NCBI GenBank assembly: GCA_009602725.1
Contig: WELB01000017.1
Coordinates: 98,426 to 162,425, forward strand
Length of the DNA stretch: 64,000 nt
Source of the DNA: Spirogloea muscicola
Taxonomy: Eukaryota
Reading direction: 5' to 3'
Below are positions 49,301 through 63,761 of the stretch, one piece after another; position 1 is the first letter of the stretch; each line of letters opens with the position of its first letter. A program made the position numbers and the translations under genes. The notes beneath the pieces were generated by a model. The model saw only the letters and a program-made list of their open reading frames with translations, searched no databases and was not told the origin of the DNA.

Positions 49301-50895
49301 AATAGAGCCTGTGGTTTCTCCCTCCTTGCATGAGCGGGTGCTGCTGTTGAGAAGACTTGCACTTGCTTGATAGCATGCTAGCAAGGTCTTCTATCGCAGT
49401 CAATCGGATCACAACAACTCTGATGGTACACCTTGCCTGCATGCAGTTTCAGACCGCTGCTTTTTGGTGGTCGATTGGCCCGCCTGCTGTCTGATGAGGA
49501 GCCTGTGGAGTTACGCCAGCAGGGCCTCCGGCTGCACCATCTAATCACAACATGTGACCTTGAGACCTTCTGCTTGGCTGCAGTGGTTGCTCCCGCTTGT
49601 CCTTCACCGTCTGCGGCAGGGCTGAGATGAGCACAAGATGCAGGCTTTCTCTTATTTACCATAGCTCACTTCCTCATACTTTGACCTTGTTTGCTGCGAG
49701 AGGCTGGCTGCTTCACCAACTCTTGTTGGCCCCATGGCAGGTCCGCGCTTGATGGCAGAAATGTGCTCGCAGGAGCCGGAGAACCTTGGCGGCTGGCATA
49801 TGCTCGAACAACTTGCAGCTTGCCTGTGCCATGTGGGCACCCACTCGCAGGTCCGCATCAGTGCTGTATTGAGTTGGCAGCAAGTTGATCAAGTTCTGAC
49901 ACCTCAAATGTGTCTTCTAGCATCTTCATGATGCTCTGATGTCTTGGCTGATCCTGCAAGGTGGACAATCTCTAATTTCTGACTCCGTGTCGAAATGTAC
50001 AGGACTACGGGCTGAGAAGGGCTGCTACCAAGATGCTCCACTTCATTGCGGATGCAGGCGATCAAGGCGTGGAAGCCATTCTTACACTGGGACTCAGGCA
50101 TGCAGACGCCTATGTTGAGCACTCCGGCAATGACGTACTGGCCGGTGCAGAGGAGGGAGGGAGTGCTGCAAGGAAGGGCGCAGCAAAGGGCTCCGACGTA
50201 GCCCCCGTCAGCGTTTGCCAGCGGTTGCTCGAATTGATCAACCTGGAGCTGGGAGATGCAGGAGATGCCTTGGACCCGTTGCCGGGCAGCCACAGTGAGG
50301 ACAGGTGAGATATTAGCTAGTACTAAATATCAGATCACAATGCCTCATTGTGCACCTCATGCACTCCCCTTGTCAATGTGCAGCAAAATGCATAGTATAT
50401 TGTCGGGCTTCTTGGGGTAAAAGGGGGGGTGTTTGGGTGCAGTAAGAGCACAGTTGCTCTTCTCTTCTATCCCTACACATCGCTTGGGCAATCTGCTTAT
50501 CTGGCACGCAATTTTCCTTGCAATACAGAAGTACTTGGTGCCATTGCTTGCATGCAATGCAGCCTTTTCAAGTGAGGCGAATCTGCAAAGTGGCCCCTCG
50601 CTGCTGGATTTGTCACTCGCGCTTGACCATCAATCTCTTTTACTTTTCCGGCAGGACCATTGGTATTATTGGGGAGTTGCTGGAGCTCCTCCTGCTGCTG
50701 CTGTCGAGTGCCGCCCACGGGGCGCTGGCCCTGGAGGCCCTAACTGGCAGCCTGCGTATGGCTCGCAAGGCTGTGGGTGTGACAACCCGCATCCTTGCCA
50801 TTGCCGCTAACTCAGGAAGTCCTCGATTCGCTGCGCTGGCCGATTTGGCTGGGAAGTTGCGTGAGCAAGTCCTTGTGGCAATGCCCACTCGATGA
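46360..50895 (+). CDS. ATR-interacting protein (ATRIP/SUV2)-like, multi-exon, both ends uncertain
   Basis: Coiled coil with LAEKDGAISILRSRLAQ (recalls the ATRIP K.GE+.ILR motif), then ALRHIWS..ARRLLACC, LLGLC and KEEAISALTILA..ERQRF..LARLL, recalling the plant SUV2 helical C-terminus. Confidence 0.6.
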
Positions 50896-52307
50896 TGACT
50901 CCGTCAAAGTGTGCTAGACAAGCTGGCAATGAACCTTAACAATTGCGACTTTTCATGAAGCTCTACATTGCAGGCTTCTCAATTATCTGGCTACGACTGC
51001 CCTGTCGCGGCCATGCTGAGAGACGTCCTGGGTAAAACAGACCATGCGGCCATACGCAATGGGGCAACAGAAAGGGCTCCAACTACTGCAGCAGTCCTGG
51101 CAGGGGGTGTGCACAAAAACTACTGAATCTTCCGTAGCTTTTCCTGCTCCCACACCTTCGAAGAGCCTACAACTTGCAAGCTAGGCCAACAAGGGCATGC
51201 AGTCTGGCTAACAGCCAGGAATCACAGCCAGGAACGTGAGCTTGTACAAGCCTGTGAACTGAGTATGGTGGGAGAGACAGTGCAGGCGTTGTACAGGCTG
51301 CTCATCTGCTTGCCTGCACACAGGAAAGCGAAAGAATGGCCGACTGCTTACTCAGGCGGGTTGCTGGGACCGGTAACCAATGGGGCTGATTTGCCACCTC
51401 TTATCAAGAGCACACAAAATAGTGTCATACAGAAGAGAAGCCACCTGCGATGTCTCTACGGCCTCCTTCCATGGCCTCCTCATCCACACCAGGGGCTCCC
51501 AGTGGAGCACCTCCAGTAGCTCCTTCAGGTGTGGCACTGAGTTTAGAAAGAGAGCATTGGAAATATGTAATGTTCATGTAAAGTATTCCAGCTGCCAACA
51601 AGTAGAGTGCATAGGGAACAAGGAAATCACCTCCTGGCACACGACGTGCAAACGCACTTTGACGTGGTCTTCCACATCGCGCCCGATCCAATGCAGCAGG
51701 CTGCTTCTCCATTGACGCCAAGGCATTCACTGCTAGGGAGGCTCCCTGAAGCCAGCGGCTATCCATGGCCTCCAACAGCCACCACTGACACTGTCATGCA
51801 TGGTGCCGCTCAACGGTGGCCTGCGGCGCTCAGAAGTGCCAACAGAGCTGGGCACACAAGCTGCGGTCCAAGAGCACAACACCGTCAACAGGCTCAGTGC
51901 AGTGGACCTGATTGCTGAATTGCTGGACCCATATATTGTCAGTGGTTAAAGAGTGACTGATGTGAGTCTCAATGTGTAGCCTTCTGGCAGAGCGCTACAG
52001 GCAAGCAAGCACGTGGGCAATCACTGGCAAATAAAAGACTGTTGAGGGCGCTCTTTGGCATCCACTCATGCAGGAACGCACTGCGAGTATGAAATGAGAC
52101 GTACATTCAAGCAGGCATTAGCAAGGGCCGGAAGATACCAGGCCCATGCGTTGGCTGATCGTGGACATCAAGTAAACTGACGCACGTCGCACGCCAATGT
52201 GGGCTACGAGCCGCTCAGTCCTTGGGGTCATGCGGGTCTGCCCGTTGTGGGCGCCCTTTCATCACCAGCACAGTACATCTTTGTGCAATGACCGAGGTGA
52301 GAGCCTT

Positions 52308-53297
<990 letters not shown>

Positions 53298-53569
53298 NNN
53301 NNNNNNNNNNNNNNNNNNNNNNNNNNNNNNNNNNNNNNNNNNNNNNNNNNNNNNNNNNNNNNNNNNNNNNNNNNNNNNNNNNNNNNNNNNCAGCCCGCCG
53401 CCGGCGCCGCCGCCGCGGGCGGCGGCCGCATGCTGCTGCGTCGGAGCTGCAATGTCTGGCCGGGGCATTGCTTCTGGGCGCGCCTTCTCTCACAGCCATG
53501 GCCGTCAATCGGCGGAGCTGCTCCTCTCGGGGGCCACCGTTAAGTGGCCCCGGCTCCGACAAGAAAAGA

Positions 53570-53672
53570 TCGTGTATTAGAAAGAAATGTAGGCCAAATG
53601 GCCAGGTACAAAGGCAAGCACATCTAAAAATCTACATAACCTACAGCAGATTGACCCGCTCAATAACCACGA
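53570..53672 (-). mobile_element. CRE-like retrotransposon 3' UTR fragment
   Basis: Its reverse complement matches 24700-24800 closely. Confidence 0.75.
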
Positions 53673-54057
53673 CAAGATAAGCGCCGGGGGCCCCCCCGCG
53701 CCCGCAGACGCGGGGCGCAGCGAGACGGCGGCGGAACGACAGCGAGACCCTGAATCCCCACTGGACACCAGACGGCCGCTGGCCTTGCCCCACCTGCCGC
53801 GCCGTCCTGGAGCCAGGCGCCAGCCTTTCGTTGGTGTTCGGTCGGCCCTACCATCAAAAGGCGCCCCCTCACCGTCTCCCAGCGCAACGCCAGGCCGCCG
53901 CCGCCTCCGCCGCTCTCGCGGCTGCTGGAAGAGGCCGTCGCTGGAGGGCCACGACGCGTCGGGGCCTTCGCCGATGCGGCAGCAGCACCGGCGGCCGCCG
54001 CGGCCGCCGCCGCCGCCGGGGCGGGCGCCGTGACCGGCGCCCCCTTGGCCTGGCGCC

Positions 54058-56318
54058 ATGGGCGACAAGCCCAAGCCCCAGACGGTGGTCTACTGCCCAG
54101 GCAAGCTCCCCGCTCTGGCCTGTAAGGTGTTCAGGTGGGCCGGGCTCCTGCGCCTCGCCCGCCCGGCCTTGGCGAAGTCCGTCGGTCATGGCTCTGAGCG
54201 GCTGATTGAGCGGTCCTCGCCGCCTTCCGACGGTCAAGTGGCTGGCGGGAGCTGCCGGTTAACGTCCGGCTGACCTATCGACGGGGCCTAGTAGGAGGGG
54301 CATGAGGCTGCAGCCACTGCCTTCCTTGGCCAACCTCGGTGCCTGTCAAGGAGCCTCGCAGACCACGCTCTGTGTAGTCTGTACATCTTGGGCATGGGTT
54401 TGGAAAAGGGTTCAGGGGCTAGGGTCTAGGCAACAGCAAGACCTTTCTTCTGCAACAATCAAAGAAATGCTTTTGCTCCTGGTGTAAGCAGTATGCAGCA
54501 TGCCCCCGGAGTACTGCGAGTTTGGGCCAGACTTCAGCAAGTGCAAGCCGTGGCTGCTAGAGAACTTCCCCAAGCTGTATCCGGAGCTTCAGAAAGGTAG
54601 CCCTTCTCTGGCAGCGTGCACATGGCCCTGCTGTGCCGACCACCCGGCTAGATTTGGCAGCTCACTGCTCACCTCGAAGCTGCTTCATGCATGGACAAGG
54701 GCTTGGGTAATGTCATAGGATGCGTGGTTGGAAGTGGATAAGTGGACTCGGTGACCTGTGCGGTCATGTGAGCTTCTTCGAATGTCTCATTCTGACGTCG
54801 TTGCATGCAGCAGAAGCTGAAGATAAGGCTGCCGAGAAGCTTGAGCAGCTGCAGCTCAGTGGGGAGCCCTCGCTGGATCTTCTGCCCAAGGGTGCAGGTG
54901 AGAATTGGAGGCAGCTCTCTCAACTTCCCCTCGTGGCGTTTGGATTGGAGCAGAAACTTGGACTCGCACTGCTACTTTCGTCGCTCATCTTCGTTCTATT
55001 ATGCTGTTTTGATCACTGATCGAAGCATCCTGATGTTTCAGTTAGTAGGAGGCTTTCTCACTGAGATACTTGTGACAGTCAATGAAGTTTTGACACACAG
55101 AAGCGGCAGCAGGAAGCTCCAACACTGTTCCAGAGGTTGTCAAGAAGCTGCCTGGTGGCAAGACAAAGAAGAAGGTGCCCACAGTGGCTTTTTGCAGCTT
55201 AGAAACCAGAATGAAGCCCGCACGATTTGCTGCAACATTTGGAGCCTAATCTGGCAGCAGTGTGTACAGGCTCCATCCTGCGCCATCCTGCTTGATGGAT
55301 GTACTGCTATTTGCCAGTGCATCGATCAGGGGTTTTTGCTGAGCTACTACAGCTCCTTCCGTGGACATGGGCTTTGCAGGAAAGACCAGAAGTGCTGGTT
55401 GAGAAATTCACGCGGAACAAGCGAAAGGCTGTAACAACCATCAAGGGCATGGAGCTCTTTGGTATGTGCAAGTGGAAAACGCAGTTTAATGCTTGATTCA
55501 GCTCACCCACTATAGATGTTGGCGGAAAGCCCTTTTGCAGCGTGATGCTGCCTTGTCACGACTACCCTGCCTGTTCACAACTAACTACCATATGTGCCTT
55601 AGTCCTTAACATATCACCCTGTCTTTGGCAATTGCTCATTTGGAGGCCCTGTGTTGTAGCACGCTTCCTTCTTATTCAGTCGCACCTCTGAGTGCAGGGG
55701 TGAAACTTGCCGATGCTGCAAAGAAGTTTGGGAAGCGGTTTGCCAGCGGAGCCTCGGTTGTGAAGGTGACATAGTGAACACCAGAGTTGGAGAGCTTAGC
55801 GTCACTGGTTCGCGGAGCCATTGCATGCTGGTCTTGTAGCCCGACCGTGTCTATCATTGTGGGGCTTCTCTGAATCGCTGTCCCATTCAGGAGCAATATG
55901 CTTCTTAGCAAGTTATTAGGTGTTAGACCAAGGTGAATGAGCTTCAATCACCTTGGTCTACTGCCTACATGGTGCTGCTCACTGCTGAGCTATGTAGATG
56001 GTTGAGTCGAATGGTCAACAAAGGACTTAAGGGAAGTGCTTTGTGCAGGGCCCAACGGAGAAGGAGCAGATTGATGTACAAGGGGACATCATGTACGAAG
56101 TTGTGGAATTTGTGACATCCAACTGGAAGGATGTACGTATTCATGTACACTCCACATGATGAACATGAAGGCAAAGTGTCAACCCTCTGTAAGCAACTCG
56201 ATTCAGTTAACATCGGACCAAGTTCTTTGTTATCAAGTGTTGTTCCCTGGCATTGCAGATTCCTGAAAGCGCCATCTGGTTCATCGAGGACGGGCGGAAG
56301 GTGCCTGCTGTAGAATGA
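54058..56318 (+). CDS. DENR: Density-regulated protein / TMA22 (SUI1 domain)
   Basis: [83 protein letters not shown]. Confidence 0.96.
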
Positions 56319-56714
56319 CGAGCTTAAATGCAACAACACCGGGCTCAAGGCTTGACGACAACCTTGCAACCATTCTTTACATTCAATCTTAGAGCAGAAA
56401 TGTCGTCTGCGTCATTTGGATGTGCTAAGGCGAAGTGAAGGGCAGCTGCCACCGCGTACACATATGCAAAGAAGAGTAATTCAGTTTACGAGCTGAAGTG
56501 AGGTACAGGCACCATAGAGAAGTGGGTGTCTGGCTCCGCCACTCCGGCGCGCACGGTGTACAGCTTAGAGGCCCCCCCCTTTACGTTGTCAATTCTTTTA
56601 AACTGGCAGTTAAGCCACCGCTCCTGTTCGTCCTTGTTGCTGAGCCCTTTATTGGCCTCAATGACTTGTCTGATCACCATTTCTCACCTCGGTAAATTGA
56701 CCACATTGGAAGAG

Positions 56715-56875
56715 CTGTTTCTTACTGACTAGAGGTCACTGAGAGCCTCCTTGCTGACGTCTTAGAGATCAGTATCTCGCTTTTTGCGCCATCCGGCCCT
56801 TTCATACCTTGGCCAATCCTTTGGGCTGGCCTCTCGCAGCCACTGCTGTCAATTTGGAAGCGCTGTTTTCTTTTC
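56715..56875 (-). mobile_element. Motif-M block upstream of BRE1/HUB
   Basis: Homologous to 29957-30105 (CTTACTGACTAGAGGT..TTTGGGCTGGCCTCTC..TTTGGAAG.GCTGTTTT). Confidence 0.82.
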
Positions 56876-57315
56876 TTGCTTAAATCACAGCGACAGGCAA
56901 CTGGTGCAGCCTCCGGACGGAACGGGATTGCTTCCGTCCGCTCGGCGTTGCGTGTCACCCAGCCCCGGCCCGCGTTCCGTGATGAAATGCGAAATTGACT
57001 CAGCGTCAGATTGCACCAACTACAGAAGCCTCGCGAAAGGGGCCTGATGTGATTATTTCCTCCCCCCCCGACCCCCACGGAGAGGTTCCGCCGCCCCCGC
57101 GCCGCGGGTGGCCATGGCTACTGGCGGTGCCCCGCCGCTACCGCCAATTCCTTTCCCCGCCGCCGCCGCCGTCGCCGCCGCCGCCGCCGCCCTCGAGCGC
57201 GCCTGAGCGCCCCGCTCTCTCCTCCGCGCGGCCGGCGTGGCGAAGCCGCTGCAGCAGGGAGACGCAGGCTGGGGCCGCACGCTGGCGTCCGGGCGCCAGC
57301 GGGCGGCCCGCTGGC

Positions 57316-60300
57316 ATGGCGCTTGAGCTCGTCTCGGAGGAGCCCGAGCGCAAGAAGCGCCAGCTCAATGGCCACGGCGGGTCGCCCCCGGCAAAGAAGT
57401 CTGCTGGCGAGGAGAAGCGGGTATGTCCAGCTGGTAGTCCCGGCGATGGCTGGCTCCTCGGTGTCCCGTGATTTAGGTCGTCAGAGTACGAGAGCACAGG
57501 ATGTCTATCACTTGCCTCTAAGTGTTGTACATGACGTTCACTCGTGCCTGAACTCTGAAGCAGGTGTTCCCCTGCAAATTGTGAATCACACTATCATGTC
57601 CAGATGGACAGCAGATTTTACAGGAAGTGACTCGCTTGTTCACATGAATTTGCATGTGCCTCCAGCTAGATCCAGGGATGCTGCAATTCCAGAATCAGAA
57701 GCTGTCTCAACAGTTGGAGGTGCAAAGGGAGGAGATTCAAAGCCTGGAAAAACGGATCAAGGATTTGCGTGGCAAGCAGGCCCACTATGATGACACGCTG
57801 TTGGTGGTCAACAGAGCTTGGAATCAGGTAAACCTCTGTTGCTCCCTCAGTCTATGCAAGGCTGTAGATGTCTACCTTATCTCCTCTTGTGCTACATGCG
57901 AGGACTTTGTGCACTGGGGCAAGAAGGTTGCCTGACAAGTACGTCTTGTTGCTCTGGCAGCTTGTGCAAGAGCTTGAGCTCTTGACAGTGCAAGCAGATG
58001 CCAACACTCTTGGCCTGCAAATTCTTGAGGGCAAAGACGGCTTTGAGGAAGGTGTGCTACATTGGACTTCGTCATATCAATAATCATGTGCCTTCCAACG
58101 TAGATCATATTTGCTCGATATGCTCGTAGGACATTCTACCACGGATTAGTGGCTGTCGTATGTTCTTTGTGAGGCGACCAGAGGCTGTACACTGCCACTC
58201 ACTTAGGTCACAATATTAATGGGACAGTGATATCTGACTCGGGGTAGTGTTTACCAAGCTGCTGCATGATGTGCAGGAGAGCGCCAGGATGAGCCTGTCA
58301 CCGGGGATAACCTCCTCAAGCGGCTCACGAAAGCAGGCTCGTTGGTGGGGACAGAAGAGCCCAGCAGCCTCGATGTAGCCCTCCAACAGCGGTCAGGCAC
58401 GACCACAAAGGTTCTAGAGTGCCTGATCAAAGCGATTGAAGCCCAGCGGAGAAGGCATGACCAATGCATGGCCACCCTAGAAGACAAAGTCACAGCCTCT
58501 GGTAGTCCCATGCTAATGACCTCTGCATCCTGTCAATTGCCACTACTTGGATGCTATAAAGCCATGTTGTGTAGTAAAAGGCAAGCCAAATGTGGTATAC
58601 AACCATATTTAGAGCAATGTGGTACATCTCTGGTCAGCTCATTGCTTGGCAGACGTTGCTTGTGTGTAATCATATTCCCGGATATTGTTATTAGGCTTTT
58701 AGGGCGTCTCTTGGGAGTCACAAGTGATATCAGTAATTGCCCAATGACTTTCGCCACGCCGTATGCAGATGTTGCTGAAGTTGTTCAGGTTCAACATAAG
58801 CAACTTGAGGCAGAAGTAGCTGCTGCAAGAGCTGCAGTTGATGCCATTCATGTCAGGCACAAGGAGGTTCTGTGTGAGGTAGCCCACTTGAAGGATACAA
58901 GTGCAAAGTCTCAGATGGAGAGAACGAGACTGGCAGGTAGATTTTAAAGGCTCATCTGCATCCTTTACTGTGCTTGAGACATACACATAGGTATGCTTTC
59001 CTTGTTGTAATTGCTCGAAGTACAGCATCAGGAAGCAGAGAACCAAGCTGCAGACATCTGACTTTGACGAATCCATGTTTGTCTTTGTTGTGCTGCCAGA
59101 TGAACTGGAGGACACATTGCTGGAGTTGGAACAAGCAAGACGGAAGATGGCCTCTGTGAGTGCACAAAAGAATGGAATTTTGTGGGAGGGCTCAGTCTCA
59201 GGACCCACGGCACCAGGATCGTCAGGGAAGCCTGAATCGGGTGTTCATCAGGGAAACCAGTCTGCTGATTCAGAGCTGCCACCTGGGGATGTACAAATGG
59301 CTCTGGAAAAAGCTCAAGTATGCTCTCATCTCCTAGGGCTGTGGAGTTGGTGGTGGAGTTATACTGTCAAGTTGATGGATCATGCTGCACGCATTATGCA
59401 ATTTTCTTCGAATTGCTAACATTGCCTGAGATACTTCTCACGAGGGCAGCAAGCATGACACAGTACACATGTGTTCTTACAGCAACTTGCTGCAAGAAGA
59501 CTGGGAGAGCTTGAGGAGGCACATCAAGCTCACGTGAAACTTCAGCAGCACATTTCCCAGCTCGAGGTGAGCATCCTTCTCTACTCCATGAGAAGTATGA
59601 TATGTCGTTGTTACAATGCAGTATCTATCTGGTCCATAGGAAGCTTTGCAAGGCAAGAAGCTGAACAATAACGATATCTATATCTCTGATGTCAATGTTA
59701 TCCAACAGCAAAAGTATGATAATATTAACATCTCTACATCAATCTCTAATGGCAAGAAGATTACCTTTATTGGTGTCATTTCAGGTTGCTGTCAGAGATG
59801 AGAAGCGCACTCACTCTGTGCAAGCCTATAGAGCACTTAGTGAGAAAGTGCACCACCTGCAAGGCGAGCTTGAGCACTATCGAACAGTAGTTGAGCAGCT
59901 CCAGGCACGTCACAATGCCCCAGACTGCCTGCTACATCTGCATGTATTGGCAGCAGTGTTTCTGCTTAGAAGCCCACCGTTGGCAGTCTTTTCATACCAC
60001 TGCATGCTCTTGGAACCTTGGCAGCATGAACGAGATTCAGCAGTTTTGCGTGAAAGGGAGATGAAGTACAAGGTGGACGCGAGTGACGCTGATCGCATCA
60101 CAGGACACATTGCAGAAGCTAGGCTCGTTGAGGTGGAGGCCAAGTGCAGGCAATTGATGGCAGACAGGGAGGAGTTGCTGTTTAGGCTTGAAGAAGCTCA
60201 TAAAGCAGCAGGTATGCATGCATAGTCTTTAATTGCAGTTGTGTGCTTTCATCCCCAATCAAGCTCTTGTAAGGTCCAACAACAGCGCCTATTGTGTGTG

Positions 60301-63300
60301 GCTTCTGCCTTGTACATCAATCATAGCATTGACCAGAAGCTATTCTTGGCAGGCAATAAGGAAACTGTGGCAGAAATGAAGTCGCTACAAGCAACTCTCA
60401 TGAAGGAGTTGAACATGATATCTGAGCAGCTCAAGGTGTATAAGAAGGCTGCTCAAGATGTTCATTCTTTAAAAGCAGAGACTCACTCTCTGAGATCTGT
60501 GTTTGAGAGAAAGGTCTGCGCATGTCCCTCTTATGTGAAATACGTTGATCACAAGTCTGCATATACATCAGGGCATTTGTGCTGCTGCAGACAAGCGCAA
60601 ATATACGGCAGACTGAAGTGCATGTTTGCCTAGCATGTTTGCCTGGCAGGAAGCTAATTCTTTCTGCCAATCACGGTGGCAGGTTGCTGAGTATGAGGAG
60701 CTTCTCACAGCGCACAACTTGCAAGCAGCACAAGTGAAAGCTGCAAGGGAAGAGGTACCATGCTGCTGGCATGCATGCAATTGATGACACAATTGGGGTC
60801 GTAAGTTAAGGAAGGGTACTCAAGCTCGTAGTCATTGGGTACCTACAGAAAACTCCTCACTGCTAAGCAAGCTCATGCTTCTGGACGTGATTGAGCAGGT
60901 GAAGCAGCTCAAGCTAAATGAGCAGGAATTACATTTATTCATTGAGATGTTCGGGCGAGAGTCACCAGAGTCAAGGTGTGGTTCTCTTGGGCTTCATGCT
61001 GTGTGACCCTACATATGTGGTATTCCATATTGATATCTCAGGAGGCAAGTCTAGTCGTAGTATTGTCACTTCAAGGACTGACCTCCCTAAGCGGAGAAGG
61101 TCAGGAGATAGCACGTTTGTGATAATACATCACGATGCACTTAGTGCATTCAGCTTGGTGTGACACAGGCATTTCTCACTTTGTGATACTTGGGAGGGTT
61201 GTTTTGTTCCTTGTCAGCAGGACGGTGGTAGAATTAAGGGAAGCTGAACAGAGAGCCTTAGCGCAAGTAGAAATGTTGAAAGCTGCACTGAATCAGGACA
61301 ACCTGGAGCTGCAAGCCAAGCAAGCCCAAGAGTCCGAGAAGGCTTGCCAAGAACACCTAGTTGCACTGGAAACCAAGTTGGGCAAGCTTCAGGAGCGCTT
61401 GGACTTTGCTGAGAGGTTGGTCACTGTTCCTTCGTAGACATGCCACCAGGTATCGCCCTTGACCTGCTTTTGAGCTCGATGTGTTACAAACTAGCAACAA
61501 CACTTAAATCTGTGTGCTAAGCAGTTGCTTGATCACTGCAGGAGGGAGTTTGAGATGAGGGAAAACATCAAGGCCAAGAATGAGGAGAGTGAGACATATG
61601 TTGCAGAAATTGAGGTAGTCCCAATATGGAGGAGCATTGTCTCTGCATTATGATCCTACAGTTGATCTGTTTATCCCCATTGCCCATGTTTAGAAGAACC
61701 CTAGAATGGTACCGGCAGTTCATGATATCTGAAGCCTTTGCTACATCAATGGTCTTTGTTTTCATTGTCAATTTCATGAAGATCATCAACCAAAGCCCAC
61801 CAGGTTGTTGCAGCGATCGCTCTACTTAAGACGTTGGTGTGTCCGTAATGCAGACCATTGGCCAAGCGTACGAGGAAATGCAGGCACAGAACCACCGGTT
61901 AATGCAGCAGATACTACAGAAAGATGGCGAAAATATGCAGGTTAGCTGGCTATTGCTGATCCACAGTGTAGACCTTTACCTACTTTCAAAAAGTTGGCTT
62001 CTTTGGACTTGCTGTGTGGCAAGGGAGCAGCAGCGCTTGTACGGGCATTGAACATGTCTTATTTTCTATGTGTGCTGTGAACAGCTTATGTCAGAGAGTA
62101 TGAAGGCAAAGCAGATGCAGTCAGCCTTATTGGTGGAGAGGGAGGCCTTGGAGTCAAGGTCGAAGCATCTAGATGCAACAGCTGAAGTACACAAGCAGCA
62201 TGTTGCTCGCCTCGAAGAGCAGGTAATGCACCTATTACTGCTTTGCTGCTGTGTTACAGTTCCGCTGACATTCGTTTGCTGGCATGGAAGACGTCCTTAC
62301 CTTGTCTCATGAGTTGGTTGTTGTGAGCAGGCAAGGGCAACTTTTGAGCAGCTAGTCAAGACAGCAGAGGAGAGTAGGCAGCACAAGGTTGTTCTGGAGG
62401 CCGTCAAGAGGAGTGCGGAAGATGCTGAAAGAGATTCCTTACGGAACAAGGCAGAAGTCGAAAGGGTCCGGGAGGAGCTTGAGAACAGAGACCGCATTCT
62501 TGCAGAGAGGAGTGCCGAGGCAGAGAAAGAAAGGCAAGTAGTACCTGACATGGTTGCTTGTACTTTTTCACTTCAATATATCTGATTTGCAGCCACTTGC
62601 TTTGGAATGTCATGACCCGTTAGAAGCCACCAGTAATACCAGGAGCTCCCAGTCATTAGCCAGTGGAGCAACCATAGCATCTGCATCATGAACTGTTGGG
62701 TTTTTGTTGTCAAGTGCTGCCAGTTGAGGCCTACCATGGCTCTCCTGCAGATTCAAGAGGAAACGAGTAGAGGAGGAGGCTGATCGATTGAAGGAGAAGG
62801 TCCTGAGGCTTGGGGGCCAAGATAGCAGGGGTTCCACAGTTGAGCTTCTTTTGGAAGAGATCAAGGAGTACAAGTCAATACTTAAATGTGGTGTCTGCCA
62901 CGACCGTCCAAAGGAGGTAGGTTCTGCACATTCTTCCTCCTTTACTAGGATGAAGATGTGCAGGTTATATTGTGCACCTGCACAATACATAAGTAGATGC
63001 CATGAGTTGGCATCTATTTATGGCTTCCCTGACCTATACAGCGTGGTCTTACCATGGATCTAATGAAAGCCTGCAATGAGGAAGGAGTCGCAAGAATGTT
63101 TGACACGGATGTCTTGCTTTCTGCAAGAGCAAAAAACATTCAGTTAGCTTGTATCTATCATGCCTCCAGCTGTTAGACTGCTAGCATCACTTAAGGTGAT
63201 CCTATGTGGTGTTTACTGATACAATGCAAGGTAACTTTGCTGGCAGGTGGTAATCACAAAATGCTATCATCTCTTCTGCAGTCCGTGCATTCAACGGAAT

Positions 63301-63378
63301 TTAGAGATTCGGCACCGCAAGTGCCCCGGCTGCAACGTAGCATTTGGTGCAAATGATGTCCACCCAGTGTACATCTAG
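57316..63378 (+). CDS. HUB2: BRE1-like histone H2B E3 ubiquitin ligase (HUB2-like), many exons
   Basis: LQFQNQKLSQQLEVQ..YDDTLLVVNRAWNQL, long coiled coil, EIETIGQAYEEMQAQN, RING LKCGVCHDRPKEVVITKCYHLFCSPCIQRNLEIRHRKCPGC..FGANDV. Confidence 0.95.
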
Positions 63379-63761
63379 GTATTAGGAGGTGGAAGGTACA
63401 GGTGCTGCGTACGGCTTAGATGAACCGGACAATCAAATTCTTTGACCCTATTTGGGTCGAAGCAGGGTCTCTCATCAGTAACTTCTTGACGCCATGGTTC
63501 TGAGGTCGAAACGGTTCTGATCAGTCAACTACCTTGCTGTGACCGTGCTCGCAGTGATGCATGTCCTTGTGCATACCGCAAAATATGTCAATCTTGCAGC
63601 TGTTGAATATCTGCTGTGCAATGGATGTGCAAACTTGCACCTGCCAAGGCTTACCTGTTTCAACCTACTGCAAAGAATATGAAGGCATGCAACACTGATA
63701 GTTGCTTACAGCAATCATCACTTTGGCCTTCGAGACTCGCTGGCTTGGCCTACACAACAGC

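Noticed and set aside
63420..63525. Hammerhead ribozyme or C/D snoRNA downstream of HUB
   Set aside because: CTGATGA plus a stem on the minus strand lacks the GAAA core; box C is poor on the plus strand
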